Shown: one piece after another, positions 20,364 through 29,993 of the stretch
How positions within the stretch are numbered: position 1 is the first letter of the stretch
How the letters are laid out: every line of letters begins with the position of its first letter
The notes under the pieces: model-generated
Told to the model about the DNA's origin: nothing
What the model saw: only the letters and a program-made list of their open reading frames with translations
Database searches by the model: none
Made by a program: the position numbers and the translations under genes
NCBI GenBank assembly: GCA_048938855.1
Contig: JBHLLT010000005.1
Location: forward strand, 103,571 to 167,570
Reading direction: 5' to 3'
DNA length: 64,000 nt
Origin: Promethearchaeota archaeon
GTDB lineage: Archaea > Asgardarchaeota > Lokiarchaeia > Sigyniarchaeales > SOKP01

Positions 20364-20636
20364 TTATAAGAAAGAAAAACGATTTAACCTCATCTTCTTT
20401 GCTAACTTCTAAAATTTCCTTTATTTTTTCTTTACTAGCTTTTATATCACCCATAAATAAGTATTGTAAATTTGACGTAGAGATTTTTCTCTCTTTTATC
20501 GGAGCCAAAATATTGGTCTATTGTTTTTTTATATAGTATCAAAAATATTAATCTAATAACCAATAAAATCGGTTTAATATATTTCATTTCGATATTGAAA
20601 CATAATGAGTGAATTATAAAAATAGAAGTATTTGTT

Positions 20637-21446
20637 ATGATAGCATCTTCAAAAAAGTATGAGCTGTCAATTCTAAAATCTATATTATTAGTGTTAGGAT
20701 CCTTTATGTCCAGTTATTGTTTAGGACTTACCATTCACGAGATAGGGCATGCTATTGCACTCTCTTTAGCTGGAGCATCTGATATAAGAATATTCGTGCA
20801 TCCTTTCTCTTTATCCTATTACAATAATAGCTCTTTACCCACAGATATAATGCCATTTATAGGGAGTATGGGACCACTTTTCAATCTCGGATGTGCAACA
20901 ACAATTATTCTCGTATTATGGCGTAAACGTAATCCGAAACTTTTACCTTTATTGATGTGGGTTGGTATTGCTTATTTCAGTGAGGGTGTTTCTATTATAA
21001 TGAATATTTCTGATATATCAATAACAAGTGATTGGGGAAAAGTAATCATATTCGGAGGGATATCACCTATTATACTTGGAATTATTGGAGTTTTATTCAT
21101 AACTCTTGGTTGCATATTAATACTCCTTCTATTGCCATTAGAAAATATCTCTCCTCATGACTCAATCTGGAGAATCGGGTTAACATCAATCGGTTTTGTA
21201 TTTTATTTTGCCTTTTCGTTAGTATATGTCTTAGCTCTTGACCCAATCAATATAACTGGTAGATTAATTGCACTCATATCAGCTTTATTCCTATTAATTT
21301 TTATTACAACTAGTTATAAACACGTTTTTCATTTACTAGATCGTTTCTCACATACTAAAATTTCCTCAGCTAGTTGGTATACTGTTTTAATTGCACTTGG
21401 ATCTGGTGTTGCTATTATTATAATCGATTTTGCCTTCTTTTATTAA
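20637..21446 (+). CDS. M50-like intramembrane metallopeptidase
   Basis: HEIGH in a TM segment, GPLFN and SDW motifs, multiple TMs. Confidence 0.75.
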   Translation: MIASSKKYELSILKSILLVLGSFMSSYCLGLTIHEIGHAIALSLAGASDIRIFVHPFSLSYYNNSSLPTDIMPFIGSMGPLFNLGCATTIILVLWRKRNPKLLPLLMWVGIAYFSEGVSIIMNISDISITSDWGKVIIFGGISPIILGIIGVLFITLGCILILLLLPLENISPHDSIWRIGLTSIGFVFYFAFSLVYVLALDPINITGRLIALISALFLLIFITTSYKHVFHLLDRFSHTKISSASWYTVLIALGSGVAIIIIDFAFFY

Positions 21447-21614
21447 ATCAAATTTCTCAATTTTGTAAACAAACAAATTAACTATTAAAAAACCTAAGTC
21501 CATTTATAAAATAAGTTTTATGTCCCTTATAAGAAAATTTTTGGAGATCTAAAAACTTCGATAAAGGAATTCAACATTCCAAATATAAAATTAAAGAAGA
21601 ATTGAAAAAAATTT

Positions 21615-21965
21615 CTACAATATACTTTTGATTTTTCTAGCTAACCTCTTAGCGCTTTCATCAGCACTCTCAAGAATCTTAAACATCTCCTCAGGATTGA
21701 CTATTAAGGCCGCATCAAGAAGTTTTTGAAGACCAATTACAGTATTAATACGTTCATTCTTCTGAAGGTGGAAAATTACCATCCCTAATTGATTTTTCAG
21801 CTTACCCTTCTCGGATTCTAATGCCAATCGCAAAAGTGCGGGACAAACCTCCTCAATAGTTTCGCGACTCACTCGCCTAGCATACTCGTAAATTTCAGCC
21901 CTTTGGGCCTCTGTGAGCTGTTCAACCTTCTCCTCCAACTTAGATACTTGATTCAATTTTGACAT
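21615..21965 (-). CDS. Hypothetical all-helical protein
   Basis: 116 aa ORF with SD-like GTGAG and a BRE-TATA upstream. Confidence 0.75.
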   Translation of the reverse strand: MSKLNQVSKLEEKVEQLTEAQRAEIYEYARRVSRETIEEVCPALLRLALESEKGKLKNQLGMVIFHLQKNERINTVIGLQKLLDAALIVNPEEMFKILESADESAKRLARKIKSIL

Positions 21966-22048
21966 TTTTCTTACTCACATCCCATTTTTTTGATTTTATA
22001 ATTTTATTTTTTAATATTTTTTGACTATTTACTATATTCTCACTCATA

Positions 22049-22064
22049 TATATAAATGTTTTCG
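22049..22064 (-). promoter_or_regulatory. BRE-TATA promoter for 21615..21965
   Basis: Minus strand reads CGAAAACA-TTTATATA. Confidence 0.65.
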
Positions 22065-22487
22065 GTCAAAAAAATGATTTTTTTTCGCGAATTCTGGCAA
22101 AATAAAAATTCTCATCTTTTTAATTTCTACAAAATGACAGAAAAATGATCATTTAATCTAAGGGGATCTTTGTGGGCAAGAATAAATTTGCTTTAAATTT
22201 GATCTAGATATACGGAAACAAAACCGGAATTCTTTTGACCGAAAAAAGCAAATTATGATGGGCAATGTCACCCTTCAGTCATATGACGACAAAAAAACGA
22301 TCAACAATCGACATTCCACTTTTAATTATTAACAGATTTGATCACGATCGCCGTTTTCCGTTATAAAAAATGAATATTATTTTGAATAAGAAAATTTTAA
22401 TTCCGAAAAAATAGGTGATAAGATTCATTAATTTTGGCGTTATTATGTAAAAGGATGATCGTTCTACTGCTACTCAATGATCGAAAA

Positions 22488-22503
22488 GCGACACATTTAT
22501 ATA
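22488..22503 (+). promoter_or_regulatory. BRE-TATA promoter for 22556..22825
   Basis: GCGACACA-TTTATATA about 50 bp upstream of the ATG; GAGGGA SD. Confidence 0.65.
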
Positions 22504-22555
22504 TCAAATTTTATTATCATAAATTGTAAAACAATAAAATAATTGAGGGAACAAG

Positions 22556-22825
22556 ATGGGTCAAATAAATATGGAAGAAAAATTGGATGATATGATGAGC
22601 TATTATAAAAAGATTCGCGAATCCTTAGCAGGGTTATCTGATATTGTAAATCTTAATTTTCGCGAGAAGGATTTCTACTATCAAGCTGCATTTGATAATT
22701 TAAAAGCTCTTCATGATAATGTATTAGAAGTATTAAAAGCTTCCTTTACTCCTCGTGAGATTCGGATGCGTTTACGCGAGTTAGAATTTGACGAGAAAGA
22801 AGCTGAGAAAGTCTTTCCATTATAA
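22556..22825 (+). CDS. Hypothetical helical protein
   Basis: 89 aa ORF with promoter and SD. Confidence 0.75.
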   Translation: MGQINMEEKLDDMMSYYKKIRESLAGLSDIVNLNFREKDFYYQAAFDNLKALHDNVLEVLKASFTPREIRMRLRELEFDEKEAEKVFPL

Positions 22826-22841
22826 TTTTTTATATTAATAA

Positions 22842-23222
22842 TTAATAAGTATATACTACCAAAATCTTCTCCCAAAGATTTTTTCTATTCTTAACTATGA
22901 TTAAAATCATTAAACCTCCCATAATTACATAGTTCAGAATTCTCGCATATAGAAAACCTAATTCTAGATCTCCATTTACTGCAAAGGCTAGGACTAATAG
23001 CCCAACAATATCATAAGGATTTATGAATGGCCAAAAGATAGGATTGTATGGATGCATTAGGAAATCTAAAAGAATGTGGAATAAACTTCCCAGCATACAT
23101 GATAACAAAAAATTAGGAGTTAATCTACATACTTTCTTTAGTTTTGTTTTATCAAGAGGAAAAATAAAAGATGTTAATATGGGGTAAAAGATAAATGTCA
23201 TAAAGATATATCGGTATATCAA
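22842..23222 (-). pseudogene. Probably 5'-truncated membrane metal-dependent hydrolase (YdjM/DUF4184-like)
   Basis: Keeps GSLFHILLDFLMHPYNPIFWPF but lacks the N-terminal His motifs of the family. Confidence 0.5.
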
Positions 23223-23360
23223 AAATCACCGAAAAACTGGACTACATATCTCTTAAATATAATTTTACTGATTTTTTAAATAATAAAAAATTTGTATGTG
23301 GAAATATAACATTGTTGGTTATTGAATGTTTGAAATCGACAATTTTCTTATATATAAAGC

Positions 23361-25127
23361 GTGAAAATTCATATGAAAAAAAGTTATGTGATATTTTTTG
23401 TTTTTATTAGTTTCTTTTTATTAAATTTCTTAAATACTCGATTGAGTATAACTACGAGCGCTTCATGTTTAAACTTTAAAATTAGAAACGATTATGGAGT
23501 TTATTTTGGTAATAATGAAGATCACGCTATTCCCCAGATTTCTAACACCGTTATAACTTTTGTACCGAATGGCTCAATATGGTATGATGGCTCAACAATA
23601 ATGTATGGAGCTGCTATACTTGGCTATACTAATGTAAGTGGATTAAGTTGGTTTCAAGGAGGGATGAATGAAAAGGGATTAGCATTTGATTTAACCTCTG
23701 TACCTTATACAACGCCAAATCTTCATAGCGAGAGACCGCAGAATTTAGTCCCGGAACTATTCAGTTGTGAAACAGTTACAGAAGTTATTGATTATAAAGC
23801 AGCACATGGAGTTTATCAACAAGAGGGAAGCATTCAATCAATGTATCTTGATATCACGGGGGAATCTGTAGTGATTAACATAGGGGTGGATGGTGAAATC
23901 GATTTTTTCCGTAATAATGAAACTTTTCAATTAGCTTCTAATTATTATTTTAATGATACTTCACGAGGTAATCCAAGTTCAGATGCAATTAGAAGATATA
24001 ATGCTGCGGAACAAAAACTTAAAGATATTAACGCAAGTAGTCCTATCTCGATAGAATATATCATAAATGTTTTAGATGCAGCTCATTTTGAAGGACCACT
24101 TGTAAATACTTTATATTCGAACATTTTTGACGTTGAAAACGGCATTATTTATCTGTATTATTTTCACCAATTTGGAGAAGTTGTAATATTAAATCTTGAA
24201 GAAGAATTAGCTAAAGGTTGGCATTCTTATCGAATTTGTGATTTATTTTCTCAGGATCTTGTAGATAAAGCATTAAATGAATATCAAAATTATTCAATTT
24301 TGATACGATTTTTGCCAACTGATATCCTACTTTTATTTGCGACAATTCTTCTTGATATAATTATTAGTATATACACAATATTTCTAATTATTAAGAAATT
24401 GGTCCATAAAATTGGTAAGCCTAACCAAGAAAGAAAGCTTAAAGCGAATATTGATTCATCTAAAGGACTCCGTATGCAAATATTTCTTTCCTTGGGTACA
24501 ATTTGGTCTTTTTTAAGCTTCTCGATGATCTACTGGAATCATTCTGGAGAATGGTGGCCATTTTTTGATAACATTCCTATTTTACAATTACCTCTCTTAC
24601 CCTTTTATGCCTTTCATAATTTTTTCTTGTTAATTAGTGTACTTAGCATTTTTCTAATTGCATTTCTTTCATTTTCATTTAGCAACAAAGGAGAGTTTGT
24701 TTTATTAATAAAAAGTGGCTTAACTCTTGGAAAAGAAAAAAAATGGAGACTTATAATTAACTTTAGTATTCCAATATTATTAGGTATCGTAATTCTCATT
24801 CTAGAACGATTCAATTTCATTGCTAAGGTAGATTGGCTGACGTTTATAATAATGTATCCTTTAATAGTAGTTATGCTAATGATACTCATTCCATTAGCCA
24901 AAAAGAAGGCCATTAAAGACCAAAATGAGCCCAAAGATAGATCTATAATATATCTGCTAAAAACCAGTGTTTTTTTAATTTTAACCTGGGCAATTTGGTT
25001 TTTACCACTTCTTTTAACTGGGGTCTTGGATCATATGTATATTTTATTCCTGTTGACCCTATGTATATCTTTAATTGTTGTTTCCTGTATTGAGTTTTCT
25101 AATAATTACCGAAAGCATGGAAAATGA
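23361..25127 (+). CDS. Exported Ntn-hydrolase (C45/choloylglycine hydrolase-like) fused to a polytopic membrane domain
   Basis: Signal peptide, then AS-C-LNF...FGNNED, GGMNEKGL, SNY, RRY, TLYSNIFD; about 7 C-terminal TMs. Confidence 0.8.
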   Translation: MKIHMKKSYVIFFVFISFFLLNFLNTRLSITTSASCLNFKIRNDYGVYFGNNEDHAIPQISNTVITFVPNGSIWYDGSTIMYGAAILGYTNVSGLSWFQGGMNEKGLAFDLTSVPYTTPNLHSERPQNLVPELFSCETVTEVIDYKAAHGVYQQEGSIQSMYLDITGESVVINIGVDGEIDFFRNNETFQLASNYYFNDTSRGNPSSDAIRRYNAAEQKLKDINASSPISIEYIINVLDAAHFEGPLVNTLYSNIFDVENGIIYLYYFHQFGEVVILNLEEELAKGWHSYRICDLFSQDLVDKALNEYQNYSILIRFLPTDILLLFATILLDIIISIYTIFLIIKKLVHKIGKPNQERKLKANIDSSKGLRMQIFLSLGTIWSFLSFSMIYWNHSGEWWPFFDNIPILQLPLLPFYAFHNFFLLISVLSIFLIAFLSFSFSNKGEFVLLIKSGLTLGKEKKWRLIINFSIPILLGIVILILERFNFIAKVDWLTFIIMYPLIVVMLMILIPLAKKKAIKDQNEPKDRSIIYLLKTSVFLILTWAIWFLPLLLTGVLDHMYILFLLTLCISLIVVSCIEFSNNYRKHGK

Positions 25128-25197
25128 TTATCTATTACGATATTCCAAAAAAATATGAGTTATTTAATACAACTGATGCAATTTATAAGCATTCTCT

Positions 25198-25545
25198 CTA
25201 TTTTAATGTAATTTCAATGAAAATCGATTTCTTTTCCCCTTCCCGACCTTCTTTAAACATCAGTTTAAACGTGCGATATTTTTTCTTAAATAATACAATG
25301 ATAGGTTTAGAATCATTATCTGAGAGAATGCGAGCCATTCCATTAATGTATTCGCTCTTAGGTTTACCTCGCATGCTAGAAGGAACAATTTTGACATTTG
25401 GATTATTAGTAATACGTTTGAATTTGTATCTTCCTTGTAATGTCACAACATATATTTTATTATCATTTTCTACGAACCATACCGGCGTAGCTATGGGATC
25501 TCCATTCTTTTTGTATGTTATTAGGCTAATATATTTACCTTCCAT
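25198..25545 (-). CDS. PPOX-class probable F420-dependent oxidoreductase
   Basis: YISLITYKKNGDPIATPVWF...KFKRITNNPNV...RGKP...G.ARIL. Confidence 0.85.
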   Translation of the reverse strand: MEGKYISLITYKKNGDPIATPVWFVENDNKIYVVTLQGRYKFKRITNNPNVKIVPSSMRGKPKSEYINGMARILSDNDSKPIIVLFKKKYRTFKLMFKEGREGEKKSIFIEITLK

Positions 25546-25838
25546 AATGCTTAAATCAATTTTTTATTGTAATTAAATGCTTAACCTATATTTTATTAAT
25601 TACCTTAAAGGTTGGTAAACTTAATCAATAATTTCTTAATTAAATTCAAGTTTTCATCGAAATTAGATTCTGTATTTACCTATTCATTCCATCTTCAAAG
25701 AAAATTGAAAAAAATTCATCCATATTCTCTTCTTTTGTTGAAAGGAAAATTTTGAAAAACACAAAAAGCTATATTTATGAATTTTATGTTTTTTATAGAA
25801 TGTTTAATCTGCTATAAGGGAAAAAAGGGGTAGCTATA

Positions 25839-28253
25839 ATGAAAATAAAATTGAAAAATGTTATTGCTTTTTTGTTGTTATTTTTTGTAGTCTTTTCAAT
25901 TTCCACTCAAATTAATATTAAAAATTGTAATGAACCTACTCAAGGGGAAATAGGAATTAGAAGATTAAATTTAAAGCAAGCAGGGTCTTGGAATAATTTT
26001 ACATTTATCCACTTTACTGATTTAAATTGGACTGTTGCGAGTAATTACGATTGGTGTTCTGGTTCAGGTACTTGGGGTGACCCTTATTTAATCGAAAACA
26101 TGATAATTAATGCGAGTGATTCTCCAACTGGGAGCGGCATTTTTATTGAAAATTCCGTTAATGTTTATTTTACAATTAGAAATGTTACAATATTTGAAGC
26201 CACCAATGGAATTAGATTAGAAAATACGAATAAAGGAACCTTAGTTAATAATTCATTATTAAACAACATCGAATCAGGAATTTATGCCGAAAATTGCGTT
26301 AACATTACGATTTCGAGAAATCAATTAATTAATAATGGTAAATTTGGATTATATTTATACTCAAATTGCCTTAATAATAAAATAGTTGAAAATACTGTAA
26401 AAAATAATGGTGCAATTTTTGGAGATGCTGGAATTTATCTTGAAAATCTTTGCAATGATAATGAAATCCTAGAAAATCATGTATATGATAACAATGTTTA
26501 CGGGATAAATCTTGAAAACTCTTGTGAAGGAAACTTGATTTATAATAATACACTTAAAAATCTTATAACAAATCAGCAAGATTATGGTATAAGATTAAAT
26601 AGTGGTTGTAATCAGAATAATATCTCAAGAAATTTAATGGAAAATCTTGATAATTATGGAATATACTTGATTACCTCTGATGGAAACTCAATATCGAATA
26701 ATAAAATATTTGATATCTCTACTGGAATGTACATATTAATAGCTCAGCAAAGTGAATTAATGAGCAATACGATATCTGGTGGTTCTATAGCAATTAGTAT
26801 GAGTGCCTGTAATGATGGCGATATAATTGGTAATTTTATAAATAATACAGCTAGTTATGGTATAAGAATCTACACAAATTCCGACGACAATGAGTTTAGC
26901 GATAATATTATTAAAGATAATATTGGTATTGGAATAGAACTTTACACGCCTTTGAATGATAATAATTTGTTCTATAAAAATTCCTTTATCTCAAATGGAG
27001 TTCACGTTTTTGATAATGGAACGGCAAATTTTTGGAATAATACAATGATCGGGAATTATTGGGATAATTACACCGGTTCAGATTTAGATAACAATCACAT
27101 TGGTGATACCCCATTTAATATTCTTGGTGGAGCAAATTCAATCGATAATCTTCCTATAGTTGACCATGATTCCCCCAGTATTATAATTAATACTCCAACT
27201 TCGAGTATATATGGCTCCAATGCACCTGAATTTAACATAATTGTCAATGAAACTTATATTTATTCCATGTGGTATACTATAAATAATAGTGTTAAAAGAT
27301 ACTATTTTACAGAGAACGGAACAATTAACCAAGGCGCATGGGACGCATTAAATGATGGTAATGTAATTATTACGTTTTATGTTCGAGATATCACATGGAA
27401 AATTGGTTCTAATTCGATAGATTTAATTAAAAGTTCCTCTCAAGGCCCTGATGGTGGACCTTTTCCTTTCCAGATAATTATTATCATTATTATTAGTATC
27501 ATTCTAATATTGGTGATAATAATTACTGGAGTCGTAGCGAGAGGGATGACAATTAAGCGAAAAATAAAAAAATCAAGAAATTTAAATGAAGAACAGCTAG
27601 AGAAAGCACAATACTTTAAAGATGTCACAAGTATTCTTACAATTTTAGCCATACATAAAGAATCAGGTTTATGTCTTTCGAAAATTGCCCTTCAGGAGGG
27701 TATTGGTTTGGATGAAAATTTATTTACTGGTTTTATATCTGCAATGGGAAGTTTTAAAAATGAACTTGCTAAACAGATGGGTCTACGAGTTCGGGGTGAA
27801 GGTGGAGATAATACTATCGTGTATAATGAATTTACAATAACTCTTATGGATGGTGAATATCTTAGATTAGGCTTAGTTTCACATAAAAGTCTTGGAGATT
27901 CAATAAAAGTACATTGTGGACAGGTTTTAAGGGCTTATGAAATTAAACGTGTTAATGATTTAAAAAATTTTGATGGTGAAATCCAAATTTTCAAAGATTT
28001 TGAGGAGACAATTGAAACAGGGCTTGACATGAATTTAAATAAAAAATCCTTCCTTAATGTAAAAGAATTAAGTAAATATAATGCTCATGAATCATTTAAA
28101 AACATTCTGATTGATTTTAGTTCGAGGTCTGAAGGATTTTATCCTTCAGAAATTGCTGTTATCCTTGTACAAGAAATGAATATTTCAAGTCAAGAAGCTC
28201 ATTTTATGGTCTACGAAGCCTATAAAAATCATCTATTTATACCAATAACCTAA
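25839..28253 (+). CDS. Single-pass receptor-like protein: signal peptide, NosD/PbH1 beta-helix, Ig-like domain, TM, cytoplasmic longin-like domain, wHTH-like tail
   Basis: GSGTWGDPYLIEN, repeated N-I-xx-N...GI-x-L units, GNYWDNY; long Ile-rich TM; ILAIHKESGLCL...LFTGFISAMGSF..EL...NFDGEIQIF. Confidence 0.82.
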   Translation: MKIKLKNVIAFLLLFFVVFSISTQINIKNCNEPTQGEIGIRRLNLKQAGSWNNFTFIHFTDLNWTVASNYDWCSGSGTWGDPYLIENMIINASDSPTGSGIFIENSVNVYFTIRNVTIFEATNGIRLENTNKGTLVNNSLLNNIESGIYAENCVNITISRNQLINNGKFGLYLYSNCLNNKIVENTVKNNGAIFGDAGIYLENLCNDNEILENHVYDNNVYGINLENSCEGNLIYNNTLKNLITNQQDYGIRLNSGCNQNNISRNLMENLDNYGIYLITSDGNSISNNKIFDISTGMYILIAQQSELMSNTISGGSIAISMSACNDGDIIGNFINNTASYGIRIYTNSDDNEFSDNIIKDNIGIGIELYTPLNDNNLFYKNSFISNGVHVFDNGTANFWNNTMIGNYWDNYTGSDLDNNHIGDTPFNILGGANSIDNLPIVDHDSPSIIINTPTSSIYGSNAPEFNIIVNETYIYSMWYTINNSVKRYYFTENGTINQGAWDALNDGNVIITFYVRDITWKIGSNSIDLIKSSSQGPDGGPFPFQIIIIIIISIILILVIIITGVVARGMTIKRKIKKSRNLNEEQLEKAQYFKDVTSILTILAIHKESGLCLSKIALQEGIGLDENLFTGFISAMGSFKNELAKQMGLRVRGEGGDNTIVYNEFTITLMDGEYLRLGLVSHKSLGDSIKVHCGQVLRAYEIKRVNDLKNFDGEIQIFKDFEETIETGLDMNLNKKSFLNVKELSKYNAHESFKNILIDFSSRSEGFYPSEIAVILVQEMNISSQEAHFMVYEAYKNHLFIPIT

Positions 28254-28471
28254 GAATTTGGTAATCTAATTTATTCAAAATTTAGAATTATTTTGGTTTT
28301 TTAATCAAAATCTTCAGGAAGATTCTTACTTTTAAGAACTAATTTGTGTTAGTGAAAAGATGAAATTATTCTTAATCCTCTTTATTCAGTTTCTTATATT
28401 CTAAATTAATGTAGATTAGGAACTGTTTTAAAAAAAAAAAAAAGATTTTAGAAATATTTTTTTTCGAATCC

Positions 28472-29158
28472 TCATAATCCAATGACTCTTGTGAAATAAG
28501 ATACCGGGCCAACTGGCAATATACCATATCCAAATCCCACATCCATTGGGATGCCAACATCCCATAATACCGCAGCAAGGGCCCATCCTCCTTCAGGTAA
28601 AACTAAAACCGGGTTTTCGGCTCCTGGGGGAATGACGGAAGGATCATATTCACAATATTCCGCTGTAGTGCTCAGAAACATTAACATCGGTACCGGCACG
28701 TATTCACTTTCAGTATTTGGCATGGTGATTAGAAACGACCTTCGAAATAATAGATTGTAATTGGTATCAGTAGTCTTAAACACTCCCTCACCCATGACAA
28801 ACCAAACGTTAATAAACCAGACCTGAAAAACTGGGCAATAAAAACAAAAATCGGTTTGCAGAATTAATCCAGCTGTAAGCATTCCCAGCATAGTATACAC
28901 TTTTTTACCTGAATCATCATAGATTTTTTGATGGAAAACTGCTTTCACCGATGGAGGCTCACCGCCTTTACCATATTCAATCTTCCCTACGATAAGATCA
29001 GTGGCATTGATATCTAAATCATCTCCTCTTGCCTTGAATAAGATGTGATTAGAGCCACAAGCGCTCACTGTTGTAACAAGTGCGAAGATAGTGATTAAAA
29101 AAGTCGTAGCGATCAGTGTTTTAGTCATTTTTGATTTCTTTTTCATTACAATTTTCAC
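28472..29158 (-). CDS. Hypothetical exported protein
   Basis: Basic N-terminus plus hydrophobic signal ending VSA-C; 228 aa. Confidence 0.7.
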   Translation of the reverse strand: MKIVMKKKSKMTKTLIATTFLITIFALVTTVSACGSNHILFKARGDDLDINATDLIVGKIEYGKGGEPPSVKAVFHQKIYDDSGKKVYTMLGMLTAGLILQTDFCFYCPVFQVWFINVWFVMGEGVFKTTDTNYNLLFRRSFLITMPNTESEYVPVPMLMFLSTTAEYCEYDPSVIPPGAENPVLVLPEGGWALAAVLWDVGIPMDVGFGYGILPVGPVSYFTRVIGL

Positions 29159-29404
29159 TTTTAATATTTTTTTTTATTTTACCTCGGTATTTTTTTCCGC
29201 CTTTAATGTAAATACCATAAAATGTTGAGAAAAATCGTATTTATAATTGAGCTTCCAATAGTTCCATGGAAGTTTTAAAAAATTGTGGAACAATGTATTT
29301 TATAATTAGAAGAAAACCGAAAAAATTTTTCCTTTATTGTTACCCTATTCTTTATTTTCAACTTATTTTAGATTTTCAATTCTAAATTTTGCTTTTCAAG
29401 GATT

Positions 29405-29875
29405 TCAACTAATTTTATTATCTTTCTGATCTATTTTATATTTTTCACGAGCAAAAAAAATTAGTAATGGGATTAATAACTCATACACGCCTTTTCCTAA
29501 ATCGGTTAGTTCATAATTAACTCGAATGGGTTGTGTATTACTTACTGTTCGAGTTACAACATGGTATTCTTCAAACTCTTTCAATCGTGTCGCCAACGTG
29601 CGTGAATTTATATTTGGTAAAGCTCGACGAATATCATTGAAAAATGGTTTTCCTTTAATTCTAATGATATATATTAGATCCATTGTCCATTTTTTTTGTA
29701 AAAATTTTAGTGCATCATTGAGAAAAAGTAACTCTTTTTGTATATGAGCATCATCATGCACAAAAGTTTCGAAATCTTTCTTAAGTCCCTTCATCACCGC
29801 TTCACGCATTAAAGGTATTTGTTCATCCATCTCTTTCCATATAATAGAAAGTTCTTTAATCAAATTAATCTCCAT
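29405..29875 (-). CDS. HxlR family winged-helix regulator
   Basis: KKWTMDLI...FNDIRRALPNINSRTLATRLKE...PIRVNYELTDLG. Confidence 0.92.
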   Translation of the reverse strand: MEINLIKELSIIWKEMDEQIPLMREAVMKGLKKDFETFVHDDAHIQKELLFLNDALKFLQKKWTMDLIYIIRIKGKPFFNDIRRALPNINSRTLATRLKEFEEYHVVTRTVSNTQPIRVNYELTDLGKGVYELLIPLLIFFAREKYKIDQKDNKIS

Positions 29876-29993
29876 AAAATCTCAACTCGTTTCTATGATT
29901 CCAAATTTCTCTCATAATTCAAATAAATTTCTTTTTGATTATAATTTTTCAAAATCAGCAAAATTTTTCGCATCCCTACTACATTTAATTATA

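Noticed and set aside
21966-22555. Replication origin call
   Set aside because: No ORB-like G-string motif and no adjacent cdc6/orc1; kept only as an unexplained regulatory region
25124-25576. 150-aa plus-strand ORF
   Set aside because: Antisense shadow of the PPOX-class gene; no motifs
26100-27100. Repetitive AAT-rich DNA as a CRISPR array or tandem repeat
   Set aside because: Explained by Asn-rich beta-helix coding repeats; no identical repeat-spacer structure
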